A DNA stretch of 34,175 nt from positions 1-34,175 of the IMG/VR virus record IMGVR_UViG_3300025018_000357. One strand, 5' to 3'. Below the pieces are notes generated by a model that was not told where the DNA came from, did no database searches, and saw only the letters and a list, made by a program, of their open reading frames with translations. The translations under genes were made by a program, and so were the position numbers. This DNA is from a virus. Lineage: Duplodnaviria; Caudoviricetes. Positions 14,430 to 24,976 of the stretch are shown here, piece by piece. Within the stretch, counting starts at the first letter, position 1, and every line of letters starts with the position of its first letter.

Positions 14430-15521
14430 CTATGCCGCAGCCGCCGGGATGAATTCGCCCGGCTGTTCGACAGTCTGGCGCGATTTCCACCAGCCATAGA
14501 CCCAAAGGCCGAGGCCGGCGAATGCGAGTCCTGCAGCCGCAGCCGTCAACCCGGCCGAAAGCCAGTCCGGCAAGCCATAGCCGCCGGCCGTCAGAAGATC
14601 ATTGATTTCTGTCTTGGCTGTCTCAAGAACAACGCCACCGCCAAGACCACCCACGCCGGTTTTCGCCGCCGGCACTTCAAGCGGCGATTGCTGGCCCGGC
14701 ATTTCCGCCGGCTGCACCTGGTCGCGGATCCGCGCCATGGTTTGCGGTCCGGCAACACCATCAACAGCAAGCCCGGCCGCTGTCTGATAGGCCGCAACGG
14801 CCGCTTTTGTGGACGTTCCGAAATCGCCATCAACGTCAATGGCGTATCCGGCCCGCCTCAACATCACCTGCAGCTCGCGAACCCGCGCGCCAGAGGATCC
14901 CATGCGCAGCATGCCGCGCGCCGGCGATGGACGGACCGCGCCGCCCTCGGCCGCATAGGCTTTGGCAATCTTGATATGGTATCCCCATTTCGCGTAATTC
15001 GGCCCGTTGTAACCGCGCGCGAAGCCGGCAAAATCATGGCGCTGCAGCTCGTCACGCAAACCGAACTTGTCAATATAGCGCGCCATGACTTCCACCTGGT
15101 TGGCGACCCTGGCCATAACAAACCGCATGAATTCGACAGCATCGGCAAAGCCGAGTTTGCGGCAATGTTCGCCCATCACCTGGCCAACGCCCCAACTGCA
15201 AGACATGATAGCCGCCGCCTTGTCGATCTGCTTCATGCGTTCAAGCATGCGATATCGGTCAATCTGCCGTTTCGGGTTTTTGACGCGGCCGGCCGATGGA
15301 TGCGCAAGGCCCTGGCGCACCGCCTCGGCCCGCTTTTCACCTGACAAGAGCCTGAAAAAATAATGCCCCTCGATGCGGATCAGCGGAACGTCAACACCGT
15401 TGATCCGGACACTGGCCACGCCGCCCGACTCCACCTTGGCAACGGCCGACAGCATGGCAGGTTCAAGCGCATGGCTTTTGGCGATGCCGGCAATTGCCAG
15501 CCTCGTTGAATTGTCAAACAT
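14430..15521 (-). CDS. Endolysin: N-acetylmuramidase (DUF3380-like) + peptidoglycan-binding domain + C-terminal hydrophobic segments
   Basis: 'AVAKVESGG', 'SWGVGQVMG', 'FARGYNGP'. PG-binding 'LRMGSSGARVRELQ...VDGDFG...VDGVAGPQT'. Confidence 0.9.
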   Translation of the reverse strand: MFDNSTRLAIAGIAKSHALEPAMLSAVAKVESGGVASVRINGVDVPLIRIEGHYFFRLLSGEKRAEAVRQGLAHPSAGRVKNPKRQIDRYRMLERMKQIDKAAAIMSCSWGVGQVMGEHCRKLGFADAVEFMRFVMARVANQVEVMARYIDKFGLRDELQRHDFAGFARGYNGPNYAKWGYHIKIAKAYAAEGGAVRPSPARGMLRMGSSGARVRELQVMLRRAGYAIDVDGDFGTSTKAAVAAYQTAAGLAVDGVAGPQTMARIRDQVQPAEMPGQQSPLEVPAAKTGVGGLGGGVVLETAKTEINDLLTAGGYGLPDWLSAGLTAAAAGLAFAGLGLWVYGWWKSRQTVEQPGEFIPAAAA

Positions 15522-15601
15522 GATGATTTTTCCTATGTGATGCCGCGAAAAATGCAGCGTGGCGGCAACGCGGACCGCCTGGATTAAACTAGGCCGGCTC
15601 T

Positions 15602-16168
15602 TTAGTCCCGGCGCCCGGCCTTGATTTCGTTGGCGCGCGCCAGCGTAGCCGCAAGATCAATATTCAGCGCATCAGCGACCGCGACAATATCCGGATCAGT
15701 GATGTCAATTTCGGTCGCACCGGCCCAAAGCTCTTGCTTCAAAAGCGGCTGACCGGCCATGAAGTTGTCCACTTCCACAAGCCGCCCCATACTGGCCAGA
15801 GCTGCCCGGAAATATGCCTTATGGATCGACACGCCGGAAACCGTTGTCCGGGCGATCTGGCTTTTAAGGGAGTCGATTTCGGACTGCGCTGCAGTCAAGC
15901 GTTCTGCGGCTGACCCTGCATCGGCCTCGGCATCCGCCAATTGCACCGACAATGCGGCATTTGACGCCACAAGCGCCGCCGCGTTTTCTCCGATCAAGCC
16001 GGCCAGATCGCCAGCCGTCACCGGCACCGCATCGGCCGGCCTTTCTGACATCAATTGGCCATCATCCATGATGGTTTCCATGTCGATGCGATGCGCGCCC
16101 CTAACCGTGCCATCCGGATTGAACCGGATCAGCACTTCGTAAGGATAAACTTGTTTCGTCAATGTCAT
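15602..16168 (-). CDS. Tail-fibre-associated hypothetical protein
   Basis: GGAGG RBS, 188 aa, central coiled coil, follows the fibre gene. Confidence 0.6.
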   Translation of the reverse strand: MTLTKQVYPYEVLIRFNPDGTVRGAHRIDMETIMDDGQLMSERPADAVPVTAGDLAGLIGENAAALVASNAALSVQLADAEADAGSAAERLTAAQSEIDSLKSQIARTTVSGVSIHKAYFRAALASMGRLVEVDNFMAGQPLLKQELWAGATEIDITDPDIVAVADALNIDLAATLARANEIKAGRRD

Positions 16169-16185
16169 GTGATGGCCTCCAAGCC

Positions 16186-17154
16186 TTAAGAGATAATCGC
16201 GCGGTCCGTCACCCGCCGCCAGTTCGTACCGTCCGAAAATGCCAGAACAGCGCCGCCAGCTTCGTTGCTGACATGAACAACCCCGCCCGATCCCGCAGCC
16301 GCAGCAGAAGGAACAGTTGCAACGGTATATGATGCCGTCTTGACGTATGAATTGGCTTTTAGCGTCGTGAATGTTCCAGCCGCAGCGACAGCCCCACCGA
16401 CCACGGCCCCGTCAATCGTGCCGCTGTTGATATCGACCTTCAGGATTTCAATCGCGCCAGTCGAACGAACGATCTTGAAAGGCGTGTCGATATAAGCCCC
16501 GCCATCTGCAGAACGATATATTGTAAAATCACTGCCGGCGTTCGCTCCCGTTTCCATAGCGCCATTGCCCAGCAGCATGCCCCAGCGGCTCAAGCCGCCA
16601 ACAACACCCTGGATCTGCGCACCGCCACCGTTCGCCTTGTCCAAGAGGATAACCGGATTGTCTACGTCCATTGTGATTGAGGTGAATTTGCCGCTGGCTG
16701 GCACGGCCGCGCCAATAGGCGTTCCATCAATCGCGCCGCCATCAATATTGACGCCAGTATTTGCCTGCGTGGCCATCGTGCCCAGCCCGAGGCCCGAACG
16801 CCAAGCCGCCTGGTTGATCCCGGCCATCAGCCCGGTTGAGAATGTGGTGTAAGATGAAATCGGGGATAGATCCTGCAGCAGTTGCGCCAGGCGGTTGGCA
16901 TTGCTGGCCGTCTGTTCAAGCACCGACTGTTCAACGGCAATGGCATAGGTCTTGCCGCCGCCGCCTGTGCCAGCAAAAGCGATTTCCAAGGTCAGGCTGG
17001 TATTGCTGTGGATTTCCGAAATCGGATAGGCCGCGCCGGCAACGTAAAGCGTACCGCTTGCAATGCCGGCGGCAAGCCAGTTTGTGCCGGCGCCGGTGAC
17101 AGCCGCCGAACCGTTCGTCACCGTAATTGTGCCGGTTGTGTTGAATGTAGCCAT
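16186..17154 (-). CDS. Tail fibre protein
   Basis: N-terminal 'GTITVTNGSAAVTGAGTNW' anchor, repeated 'IDGTPIG/IDGAVVG' units, C-terminal 'AFSDGTNWRRVTD'. Confidence 0.75.
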   Translation of the reverse strand: MATFNTTGTITVTNGSAAVTGAGTNWLAAGIASGTLYVAGAAYPISEIHSNTSLTLEIAFAGTGGGGKTYAIAVEQSVLEQTASNANRLAQLLQDLSPISSYTTFSTGLMAGINQAAWRSGLGLGTMATQANTGVNIDGGAIDGTPIGAAVPASGKFTSITMDVDNPVILLDKANGGGAQIQGVVGGLSRWGMLLGNGAMETGANAGSDFTIYRSADGGAYIDTPFKIVRSTGAIEILKVDINSGTIDGAVVGGAVAAAGTFTTLKANSYVKTASYTVATVPSAAAAGSGGVVHVSNEAGGAVLAFSDGTNWRRVTDRAIIS

Positions 17155-17165
17155 GAGGGATTTTC

Positions 17166-18707
17166 CTAAGCTGGAATGCCGAAAACGTAATAGCGAACGC
17201 CGACCACCTCGGCGTCTGTATTCTCTGAGCCAGTCAATCCACCGCCGGCGTTCCAAGCGTTGATGACATTGCCGCGATACGTGGAGACGGTCAGTTCCGT
17301 GCCCGCTGAATTTACCTTCGCAAAAACAGTGTCGCCGCCCATGTTTTCCGGATTGATCGTGGCGCTTGCCCTGCGGAGACGCCGAACGACCGGAGACGTG
17401 GCCAACAGCTTGCCCCCATAGGAGCGGAGCACGGACAGTTTCACGAAAGGAAGAAGGCCGGGATTGGTGAAAGTGACCACTTGATGTTGTGCCAACCCGC
17501 CGGTGCCGGTTGTTACTGCAAGATAACCTTCCGCCAATATCGGCAGCGTTGGCCAGCGGCTATCAACAACGATATCGGAAAGCCTGGCAGGACTGCCGGA
17601 CCCTGGCGCAAGGATCCGCACAACCTTTTCGCCGCCTTCCTCGAATTGCTGCAGTGGCTGGTTCAAGCCGGTAGACGGGCCAAGCGTATCGACAGCCATG
17701 ACTATGAACCGCGCCCGGCATGCCACGCCGGAATTTTCGAAATATATGGTCGATCCGGAAACCCAATGTTTGCCGCCATATAGGTTAACCGATGGACCAG
17801 CGGGATAATAAATATCGCCGCCGTCTTCATAATACTGCACATCAACATAAACGCTTGCGTCCACCGTGAACCCGAAATCATGCGAAGTCGTGGCAGATGC
17901 AGCAATTGCGATATCGCCCGAGGCGATCACCTTGACCGGGTTTTTCTCGGCCGAGAACGCCAATTGCCCCTTAGTCGCTGTACCAATATCAAATCCGGGC
18001 TTTGCAATCTTGAATTCAGTCGGATTGATCAGCACCGTTTCATCGCCGTCAACAGGCGTGTCCGGCGCATCCTGCAAGACTGGCGTGTCGTCCCCCGGCA
18101 GGTTCCAAATGACAGCAGCGATATTATCCGACGCGTTCACATCGTTGGCGTCTGACAAGTAGTTGACTATAAATCCCAGCAGCGTGTCAGGATCGTTGAA
18201 CCCATACACAAGGTGCCCGGAAGCGTACCCTGTAGCAGTCGTAAAATGGTTGTCGCCTGATGTGAAATTCCAGCCGCCCCGAGGCGTGATGATGTCGAAA
18301 CCGCCACCGGTGCGCGGGTAGGAATAAAACTTCAAGGTCGCCGTTTTTCCGGAGATGTCCCTGTATTGGTAGTCAACCAATGGGCAATGATAATCAAGAT
18401 TTGGATAATTATCCCGGTTGTAAAACGTCGAGTAGTAAAATTGCGAGGCGCTGAAAACATCGCCTCTTGCACCCTTCGAGAAGTCCGAAGAAGTGCCGCC
18501 ATTTCCAATGTATGTGTATGCACCACCGGTATTCACAAACCCCGAAAGCTGGACAGCGGCGATATCCGCAACCTTGTGATCTTTCGAATTGTAATGGAAT
18601 TTATGCCGGTCCGCATCTGGCGTATCGAACGGATCGTCAACATTGCTTTTCGTGATTTTGAGGCAAGCTGTCCCTGTGCTGTCCCAGCCAATATGCGTCC
18701 GCGGCAT
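17166..18707 (-). CDS. Tail tip / receptor-binding protein
   Basis: 513 aa, beta-rich, repeated 'LKITK/FKIAKPG/VRILAPG' modules. Follows the central tail protein. Confidence 0.6.
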   Translation of the reverse strand: MPRTHIGWDSTGTACLKITKSNVDDPFDTPDADRHKFHYNSKDHKVADIAAVQLSGFVNTGGAYTYIGNGGTSSDFSKGARGDVFSASQFYYSTFYNRDNYPNLDYHCPLVDYQYRDISGKTATLKFYSYPRTGGGFDIITPRGGWNFTSGDNHFTTATGYASGHLVYGFNDPDTLLGFIVNYLSDANDVNASDNIAAVIWNLPGDDTPVLQDAPDTPVDGDETVLINPTEFKIAKPGFDIGTATKGQLAFSAEKNPVKVIASGDIAIAASATTSHDFGFTVDASVYVDVQYYEDGGDIYYPAGPSVNLYGGKHWVSGSTIYFENSGVACRARFIVMAVDTLGPSTGLNQPLQQFEEGGEKVVRILAPGSGSPARLSDIVVDSRWPTLPILAEGYLAVTTGTGGLAQHQVVTFTNPGLLPFVKLSVLRSYGGKLLATSPVVRRLRRASATINPENMGGDTVFAKVNSAGTELTVSTYRGNVINAWNAGGGLTGSENTDAEVVGVRYYVFGIPA

Positions 18708-21355
18708 CAGGAAAACACCTGAATTGAGGCATTGGAGCCGGAACCCTTGATCACAAGTTTTCCGTTGGCGCTGGAAAGCTGATCGAAAACCACTGTGCCG
18801 ATCCTGGCCGCATTCAGTTTGAGTTCACTTCCTTCAAACACAAGCGGAGAACCTGATGCCGCGCCATCCGTGACAACAAACCGATCAGCATCAACAACGA
18901 ACTCGGAAACCTGCTCACCTAAAACGGTTTTCAGATCCAGATAGAAACCGGCTTCCTTGAACGCGTCACCCGTGCCCGCGCGCAGCATCACCGCAAACCG
19001 CGCATCGACACCGCCTGGCGCGGCTTGCGCCTCGAACTTGACCAAACCCGAGGCAAAGCGGCCATCAAAGTCGGTATTCAGCGCAGTGATACTACTCGCA
19101 AGCGAGCCATCAGCATCAGTGCGCGCCAAGGCTTCCGCCACAATAGCCGCCGCATTATCACCGACAGACGACGACAGCGCCGAAATGTCACTTGCAAGCG
19201 AGCCATCAGCATCCGCGCGCGTCAATGCCTCATTGGCCAATGTGGCGTTTGTCGTGCCAAGGCTCGCATTAAACGTCACGAGCTGCGCGGCAATCGCTTC
19301 CGTCTGGCTGGCTCTCACCTCTTGCTCGGTTGTAATCGACGCCTCGGCCCGGCCGACACGCTCACCAACGGCGCTAACCGTGTTGTAATTGGCCAGACCG
19401 GACAGGCTGACAGACGTTGCGATATCGGACAGCCTGGCAATGTAATCATCAAGATCTGACCGGATGCCGGTCAATGTGCCGTGGATGTCGTTTTGCACCT
19501 GGCCAAGACCCACCGAAATATCATTTACCGGAGCGTCAAGCGTTGTGACTTCCTTCCATGCCGACCATGCCGTGACCCGTGGCGGATCCGTAACCAGCTT
19601 GTGCCGCACCTGGTAATCGGTCTGTGACACAATGCCTTCCGCAAGAAGTGAAACCGTCCGATCAACCGTCACCGCCCGGTCAAAAACCGTGGCCGGCTGA
19701 TCCTTCAAACGCCATTCGATAATTGCACCTGAAACAGTCGGATCAATCGGTTGCGACCATGCAACGCGGATCATCGGATAAACCCGGCTGTCAGCTCCCG
19801 AACCGATCCCGGCCGTCACCGAAAAATCAAGCAACTCGGCCTGATAGACCGGTTCCGCCGGCCCAAGAGGAACGACCGGCTCAACCACTGTTACCGCGTC
19901 ATAAATAGAGCCGGAACGCTGTTGCAGTGTCAGGCGCACATTGCGCGGCCCGTCGCTGTCCATCGACATGACTTGCAAATCAGTCACCATCCAGACGCGG
20001 GATCCGTAGCGCGCGGAGTCCCACACTATCCAGTCGCCTTGTTCAAGCTTCTGCCACTTCGGCCGCACCACGATTGACGCGGTTCCTTCGTGCCGGTTTT
20101 CGCTTAGATAGATACTTGCGAGCTGCGCAGCCTGTTCGGCATTGGGCACCGTGTCAAAATTCATTGCTACATCGCGCGTCCGGCGATCTGCAGCCAGCAA
20201 GGCGCCGGACGTTGCGGTTTGATATCCCGCCGGCGACCATTGATTTTCAGGATTTGGAAATGTGCCGCCGACAGAATTAACAAGATCATCCATCGCGCGC
20301 CGCAACTGGATTTCGACCGGCTGACCCACAACCAGATCAAAATCAGTCAGCGTTGCAACCGGCGTCTGGCTGGTTCCGACAATCGGCCAAGCCCCGTCAA
20401 CACCATTGACCATCAGACCGCCGCAAGATTTCATCAAGGCGTCAATATTGTCGCCATGTTCTGCGAAGCAATCCAATCCGATGGAACAGACATAACGCTT
20501 CCGCGTTCCAACCACTTCATCACAAATATTCGCGGCAAGCGTCCATTTGGCCAGCGGCAAATCAATTGCCTGCATTTCCATCCCGCAAAACAGATCACCG
20601 GCAAAGGAAAGGCCGCGCTTGTAATTGTAAGCAATCACAATCGGATTGCTGGTTGGCGTCCATGTTGAAGGATCTGCCCAGCGATGCGGACCGGCCCCGC
20701 CAACGCTCGAATCCAGACGCCAATCATATAAGCTCGCGCCGGAGATCTCGAACAGAAATTGAGGCGGCGCGGTCAACACTTCCCGATCAAACGCCATCGT
20801 CATGACCACATAAGCGCAGCCGAACCCGACATGATCTTCGGTCCAGCGGCCCAGCGGGTTTGCATGATTGACCAACCCCGCGTCCGCTTCGGTCTGCCAG
20901 CCATCATGAAACTTAAACCAGATCTTGCCGGCATATTCGGTATTCGTCAGCACCGGCCCCTTGACCGCATCCACCGCGCCCCAGGTTGCCAGCTCGCCAT
21001 TGATCCAGATCCGTGTCATGGCATTTGCCGGAAAGTCCGACAGCTCGAAAACCTGTTGCAAGGTGCCATTGGCCGAACCATAGGAATTTGCATAAACCAG
21101 ATGACCGGCCGTCGCCGTCAATCCGCATCGCACCTTGCGGGATCCGCCTTCCCCATACTGCATTTCGAGTTCTGCACCCGCCGGCGCCGGCTTTTGCTTC
21201 GGCTTCAACGCTTGCATGGCAAAGTTCAAGCCAATGGCGATCAATGACCGGCCGATGGTTGCCCAGCCGCCAAACACGCCAGCCAGCGGCGCAAGGAACG
21301 AACCCGCCGCCGCTATGGCGCTACCAATTGCCGCCGCTATCCCGAAAAATGGCAT
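18707..21355 (-). CDS. Central tail tip protein (lambda J-like)
   Basis: 882 aa, 'SNPIVIAYNY', FN3-like segment, repeated coiled-coil units 'ALARADADGSLAS', 'SEFVVDADRF'. Confidence 0.8.
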   Translation of the reverse strand: MPFFGIAAAIGSAIAAAGSFLAPLAGVFGGWATIGRSLIAIGLNFAMQALKPKQKPAPAGAELEMQYGEGGSRKVRCGLTATAGHLVYANSYGSANGTLQQVFELSDFPANAMTRIWINGELATWGAVDAVKGPVLTNTEYAGKIWFKFHDGWQTEADAGLVNHANPLGRWTEDHVGFGCAYVVMTMAFDREVLTAPPQFLFEISGASLYDWRLDSSVGGAGPHRWADPSTWTPTSNPIVIAYNYKRGLSFAGDLFCGMEMQAIDLPLAKWTLAANICDEVVGTRKRYVCSIGLDCFAEHGDNIDALMKSCGGLMVNGVDGAWPIVGTSQTPVATLTDFDLVVGQPVEIQLRRAMDDLVNSVGGTFPNPENQWSPAGYQTATSGALLAADRRTRDVAMNFDTVPNAEQAAQLASIYLSENRHEGTASIVVRPKWQKLEQGDWIVWDSARYGSRVWMVTDLQVMSMDSDGPRNVRLTLQQRSGSIYDAVTVVEPVVPLGPAEPVYQAELLDFSVTAGIGSGADSRVYPMIRVAWSQPIDPTVSGAIIEWRLKDQPATVFDRAVTVDRTVSLLAEGIVSQTDYQVRHKLVTDPPRVTAWSAWKEVTTLDAPVNDISVGLGQVQNDIHGTLTGIRSDLDDYIARLSDIATSVSLSGLANYNTVSAVGERVGRAEASITTEQEVRASQTEAIAAQLVTFNASLGTTNATLANEALTRADADGSLASDISALSSSVGDNAAAIVAEALARTDADGSLASSITALNTDFDGRFASGLVKFEAQAAPGGVDARFAVMLRAGTGDAFKEAGFYLDLKTVLGEQVSEFVVDADRFVVTDGAASGSPLVFEGSELKLNAARIGTVVFDQLSSANGKLVIKGSGSNASIQVFS

Positions 21356-21358
21356 TTG

Positions 21359-21793
21359 CTACCCCACCAAAAAAGCCCGCTTGATCACATCAAGCGAGTG
21401 AAATTCCAAAGGCGCCCTGCAGATCCGGCCGGATATTTCATCCCCGTAAAGCGTTTTGACAGCCAGACCCATGGCCGTGATCACGCCGCACGATTCCAGC
21501 CCGTTCCGCTCGATCACGGCCAGATCGCCGCGCCGCGCCTGGTATCGGCCAACCGCCGGCAAGGCAAAGGCCAACGCCTCACCCACACTTGCAAAACCAT
21601 GCTTGGCAAAAAGCCGATATCCCGCGCGTTCGCTGCGATAGCCGCGCAGATCCGGCAACAGCTCGGCACCTGTTTGCGCGTGGAACGCCTCGGCCGACAG
21701 GATCCAGCAATCAGAAACGCCCCAATCGCCAGATGCCGCCCGGTGCCGTTCGATCACCTCATGCACCCGCATTTCCCAATCAGCGCGCCGCAC
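21359..21793 (-). CDS. Tail-associated NlpC/P60-like protein (DUF6950-like)
   Basis: GTG start giving 'MRRADWE', 'WGVSDC', 'ARRGDL'. Confidence 0.7.
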   Translation of the reverse strand: MRRADWEMRVHEVIERHRAASGDWGVSDCWILSAEAFHAQTGAELLPDLRGYRSERAGYRLFAKHGFASVGEALAFALPAVGRYQARRGDLAVIERNGLESCGVITAMGLAVKTLYGDEISGRICRAPLEFHSLDVIKRAFLVG

Positions 21794-21797
21794 CTGG

Positions 21798-22379
21798 TCA
21801 AGCCTTGCCAAATTTGATTTTGATGCGGCCGGCCGTGCCGGCGTGCTCGAAAAACCGATCACCCGACGCCCGCCGCTTCTGGTCAACATCGGTTCGGCTG
21901 CGGCCGTTCTGCCGGGAATAGTCGATTGCACGGCTTTCACACTCGATAGACATCAGCGCGCCGCTGGACGGATCATCAATGTGCCGGATCTGGTTGATAT
22001 AGCCGCGCATCTGCGCGACCGGATCCCCGAGGCTTGCGCCAGTGTCGGGATCAACATGCAGATCATAGATTGTCACCGGCCGATCGCGATAATCATAATC
22101 CTCGATATTTAGCAGCACATCAGCGGTAATGCCGTTGTCCTGGCTTTCGCTGATCTGCAAGGTGAACCCGCTTGCCGCCGTTCCACTGACAAACGAGAAA
22201 TCCGAAACGGAAATCAGCCCTTCCGGCATCGCCTTGAACGTCACCCCGCCATAAGTGTGAGGCACGGCCGACCGGATAAAGCCGAAAGACCCTTCGCCAA
22301 GATCGAACCGGATCAGGCCCGCATATCGGACCCGGCCGGCCTCGAGTCCGGCATCAAGCGCCGGCGGAAAAACTCGCAT
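21798..22379 (-). CDS. Minor tail / baseplate hub protein
   Basis: 193 aa between the distal tail and NlpC-like genes, 'RTDVDQKRRASGDRFFE'. Confidence 0.7.
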   Translation of the reverse strand: MRVFPPALDAGLEAGRVRYAGLIRFDLGEGSFGFIRSAVPHTYGGVTFKAMPEGLISVSDFSFVSGTAASGFTLQISESQDNGITADVLLNIEDYDYRDRPVTIYDLHVDPDTGASLGDPVAQMRGYINQIRHIDDPSSGALMSIECESRAIDYSRQNGRSRTDVDQKRRASGDRFFEHAGTAGRIKIKFGKA

Positions 22380-23017
22380 CAGATCACCTGCGCTGCATTG
22401 AAGGATATCGAACCGGGATCATTTGTTTGCGGCGCCGAAACGCTGGCCGGATCAAGCTGCAGCATGATCAGCGGCCGGCGCAAAACCACAATTGCAGCAC
22501 TTGTAAAAATCGCCTGCACCTGCGGTTCAATTTCAAGCGAGATCGCGCCGCTTCCATTTGCAACCGCATCGGCCGAGATCTCGAAATATCCATAGCGCCC
22601 GCCCTCAACCAAACCGACGCGATCCCCTTGCGTGGCCTGGTAGCCTGCAGGCAAGCCGGCCGCAGCAATCACGCCGGCGGTTGCAAGGCTCGAAACCGTA
22701 GCCTCGCCGTCCCATGTCGCGGCAAGGATTGCCGGAACGCCGGCCGGATAGGCGAACGGCTCGGCCCGGAAAACATCCCACGCCAAAAACCGGTTAAGCC
22801 CGCCGCGTTGCGTGTTCAACCATGATTGCCATTTGGCCGCATCCATCACCGAAAGCCGAGGCGTCTGAAACCTTACTGCCCATTGTGGTTCCCGAACCTG
22901 CGACACCGTGCCGGCCAGCCCCCGCCCGTGCCGGGCAACAGCAACGCCCGGATCAAGCACAAACGAGCATTCATCAAACCGCGTAAGCGGCAAGCCGCGC
23001 GGATGCGTAATCGTCAT
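22379..23017 (-). CDS. Distal tail protein
   Basis: 212 aa directly after the tape measure gene, 'WQSWLNTQRGGLNRFLAWD'. Confidence 0.7.
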   Translation of the reverse strand: MTITHPRGLPLTRFDECSFVLDPGVAVARHGRGLAGTVSQVREPQWAVRFQTPRLSVMDAAKWQSWLNTQRGGLNRFLAWDVFRAEPFAYPAGVPAILAATWDGEATVSSLATAGVIAAAGLPAGYQATQGDRVGLVEGGRYGYFEISADAVANGSGAISLEIEPQVQAIFTSAAIVVLRRPLIMLQLDPASVSAPQTNDPGSISFNAAQVI

Positions 23018-24975
23018 GGGATCAACCTTCTGCGCTTGCCGGTATTGAATGCAGCAATTGCCTTGCCCTCAAAACTGGCGCGGTCGCGCTCCACTTCCCT
23101 GCGGAATTCGGCAAGCTCGGCCGAGGTGCCGGTGAAATTATACTGCCGGCTGTCAACATAGGTTGGCGACACATCACCGCCACGGCCGGCGCGCGCCTGG
23201 TCCTTTGACATTGGCGTGACATGCGCCGGCCCGGTGATCACTTCCGGCCCGGCTTCGCCGGCAATGCCCCATTGCCCGTTCGGGATCCGCCCGCCATCTG
23301 CAAATAGCCCGGCAAAACGAGGCATTGCGATTGATGAACCGCCGCCGCCAAACAATGAGCCGATCATGCCCCATATGCCGCCGCCCGAGGATCCGGACCC
23401 GGAAAACAGATTTGCAAAACCTTTGGCCACCGGCTGCAAAGCCTGGTCAAGCACATTTGATGCCCACCTTGACAGGATCGACAACCCGACTTCGGCAAAC
23501 TCATCAAGCGAAACCCGGCCGTCTTCAAAAATCGACTTGATACCGCCGGCGATGTCGCGGCCCATATCCTCGAATGACAGGCCGACAACGGACGCCGCGT
23601 CCGTCATGGCATCGCGGCCCGCAACCGTGGCTTTGCGCAAGCCGGACCACGCATCCGATGCCGTCTTGCCTGCAGCGCCGACTTTGGCGCCAGCCCGTGC
23701 CGCACCGGATCCGACAGCTTCAAAGCTTGCCGCAGCCCGATCAGCAGCACCTAGATAGGTTTCAAAGCTTGCCGCCGCATCGCCGGTGCCGAATGCGAGA
23801 TCCTTCAACCCGGCAATGGTCGAGTCTATGCCCTGGCCGAGTTCCGGCGGCAAAAAGTTCATTACACTTTGATAGATATTGCCCAGCGATTGCTCGAACG
23901 CATCGAAATAGCCTGTTGCCTTGGCCACAATCGCCGCGACCACCACAAGCCCGGTCACACCCAACCGCGGCACTTTCGAAAACAGCCCCATGGCCAGCCC
24001 GGCAACGCGGATGCTTTTTGCGAGCTGGATGAAAGACCCCGCAGCCGAGGTGATAAACAAGATCGTCTTGGCCGCGACAAACACCCGGAAAAGGTCATAG
24101 AGATCGCCAAGGTGATCAAACACAACGATTGTTGCCCTGGCCAAGAGGTTGAAACCGCCGGTCAGAACCGTTGCCACCCCGTTAAATCGGCCACCCTCGG
24201 CCGAGGCAACAACCATGCGATCCGTCAACATCTTGAGTGAAGGAAGGATGCCGGCAACCATGGTATTGCCCATGCCGGTTGCAGCCTTGCCCATGCGCGC
24301 CATGTTGTCGTTGAACGCCTCGGCCGCTTTGAACGTGTTTTCACTGATCACAAGCCCGAGGCTTTCCGCTTCGTCACCCATGGCCTTGATGCCCGCGCGC
24401 CCCGTGTTCAACATCGGGATCAATTCGGTTCCGGACTTGCCAAACAGCGCCATGGCCGTGTCAGTTTTCCGCGCGCCGTTTTCCATGCCGGCGAACGCCT
24501 CGGCAACATCGCCAATCAGCGTTTCCGTTGATTTCAGCTTGCCCGATGAATCCGTGACCTGGATTCCAAGATCCTTGAACGCCACGGCGCTGGCACTTGC
24601 GCCACCGGCCAGAACATCGCCAATCGACTGGCTGAATTTGCGGACGCCGGTTGACAGTCCCGCGAATGAGGATCCCGACATTTCGGCGCTATGTGTCAGC
24701 CGCGCCAGTTCGTCGATTGGCACACCGATGGATTGCGCCGACTTGCCGAGATTGTCCGCATGGTTTGCAACCTTGGCCACCATTGCGCCGGCACCCGCAG
24801 CCGCGCCGGTGACTGCAAGCATCCCCGTTGCCAGAATATTGGCGCCAATGGCCGAGAACGCCCGGCCGATCCCGCCAAGGTGTTTGGTTGTCTTGCTGGC
24901 ATTTGCATTAACCGACGCAAAAGCCTTGCCGGTGCCATCGCGCGCGGCGATGTCAAAAGCCAGATCCGGGATCAT
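23014..24975 (-). CDS. Tail tape measure protein
   Basis: 653 aa, Ala/Gly-rich helical, 'AMALFGKSG', 'FADGG...GEAGPEVI'. Confidence 0.9.
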   Translation of the reverse strand: MIPDLAFDIAARDGTGKAFASVNANASKTTKHLGGIGRAFSAIGANILATGMLAVTGAAAGAGAMVAKVANHADNLGKSAQSIGVPIDELARLTHSAEMSGSSFAGLSTGVRKFSQSIGDVLAGGASASAVAFKDLGIQVTDSSGKLKSTETLIGDVAEAFAGMENGARKTDTAMALFGKSGTELIPMLNTGRAGIKAMGDEAESLGLVISENTFKAAEAFNDNMARMGKAATGMGNTMVAGILPSLKMLTDRMVVASAEGGRFNGVATVLTGGFNLLARATIVVFDHLGDLYDLFRVFVAAKTILFITSAAGSFIQLAKSIRVAGLAMGLFSKVPRLGVTGLVVVAAIVAKATGYFDAFEQSLGNIYQSVMNFLPPELGQGIDSTIAGLKDLAFGTGDAAASFETYLGAADRAAASFEAVGSGAARAGAKVGAAGKTASDAWSGLRKATVAGRDAMTDAASVVGLSFEDMGRDIAGGIKSIFEDGRVSLDEFAEVGLSILSRWASNVLDQALQPVAKGFANLFSGSGSSGGGIWGMIGSLFGGGGSSIAMPRFAGLFADGGRIPNGQWGIAGEAGPEVITGPAHVTPMSKDQARAGRGGDVSPTYVDSRQYNFTGTSAELAEFRREVERDRASFEGKAIAAFNTGKRRRLIP

Positions 24976-24976
24976 G

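Noticed and set aside
14070-15344. 424-aa plus-strand ORF
   Set aside because: Antisense to the endolysin and spanins, Arg/His-rich shadow composition.
19095-19225. Repeat GCAAGCGAGCCATCAGCATC as a DGR template/variable pair
   Set aside because: It encodes a tandem coiled-coil protein repeat, and there is no reverse transcriptase in the genome.
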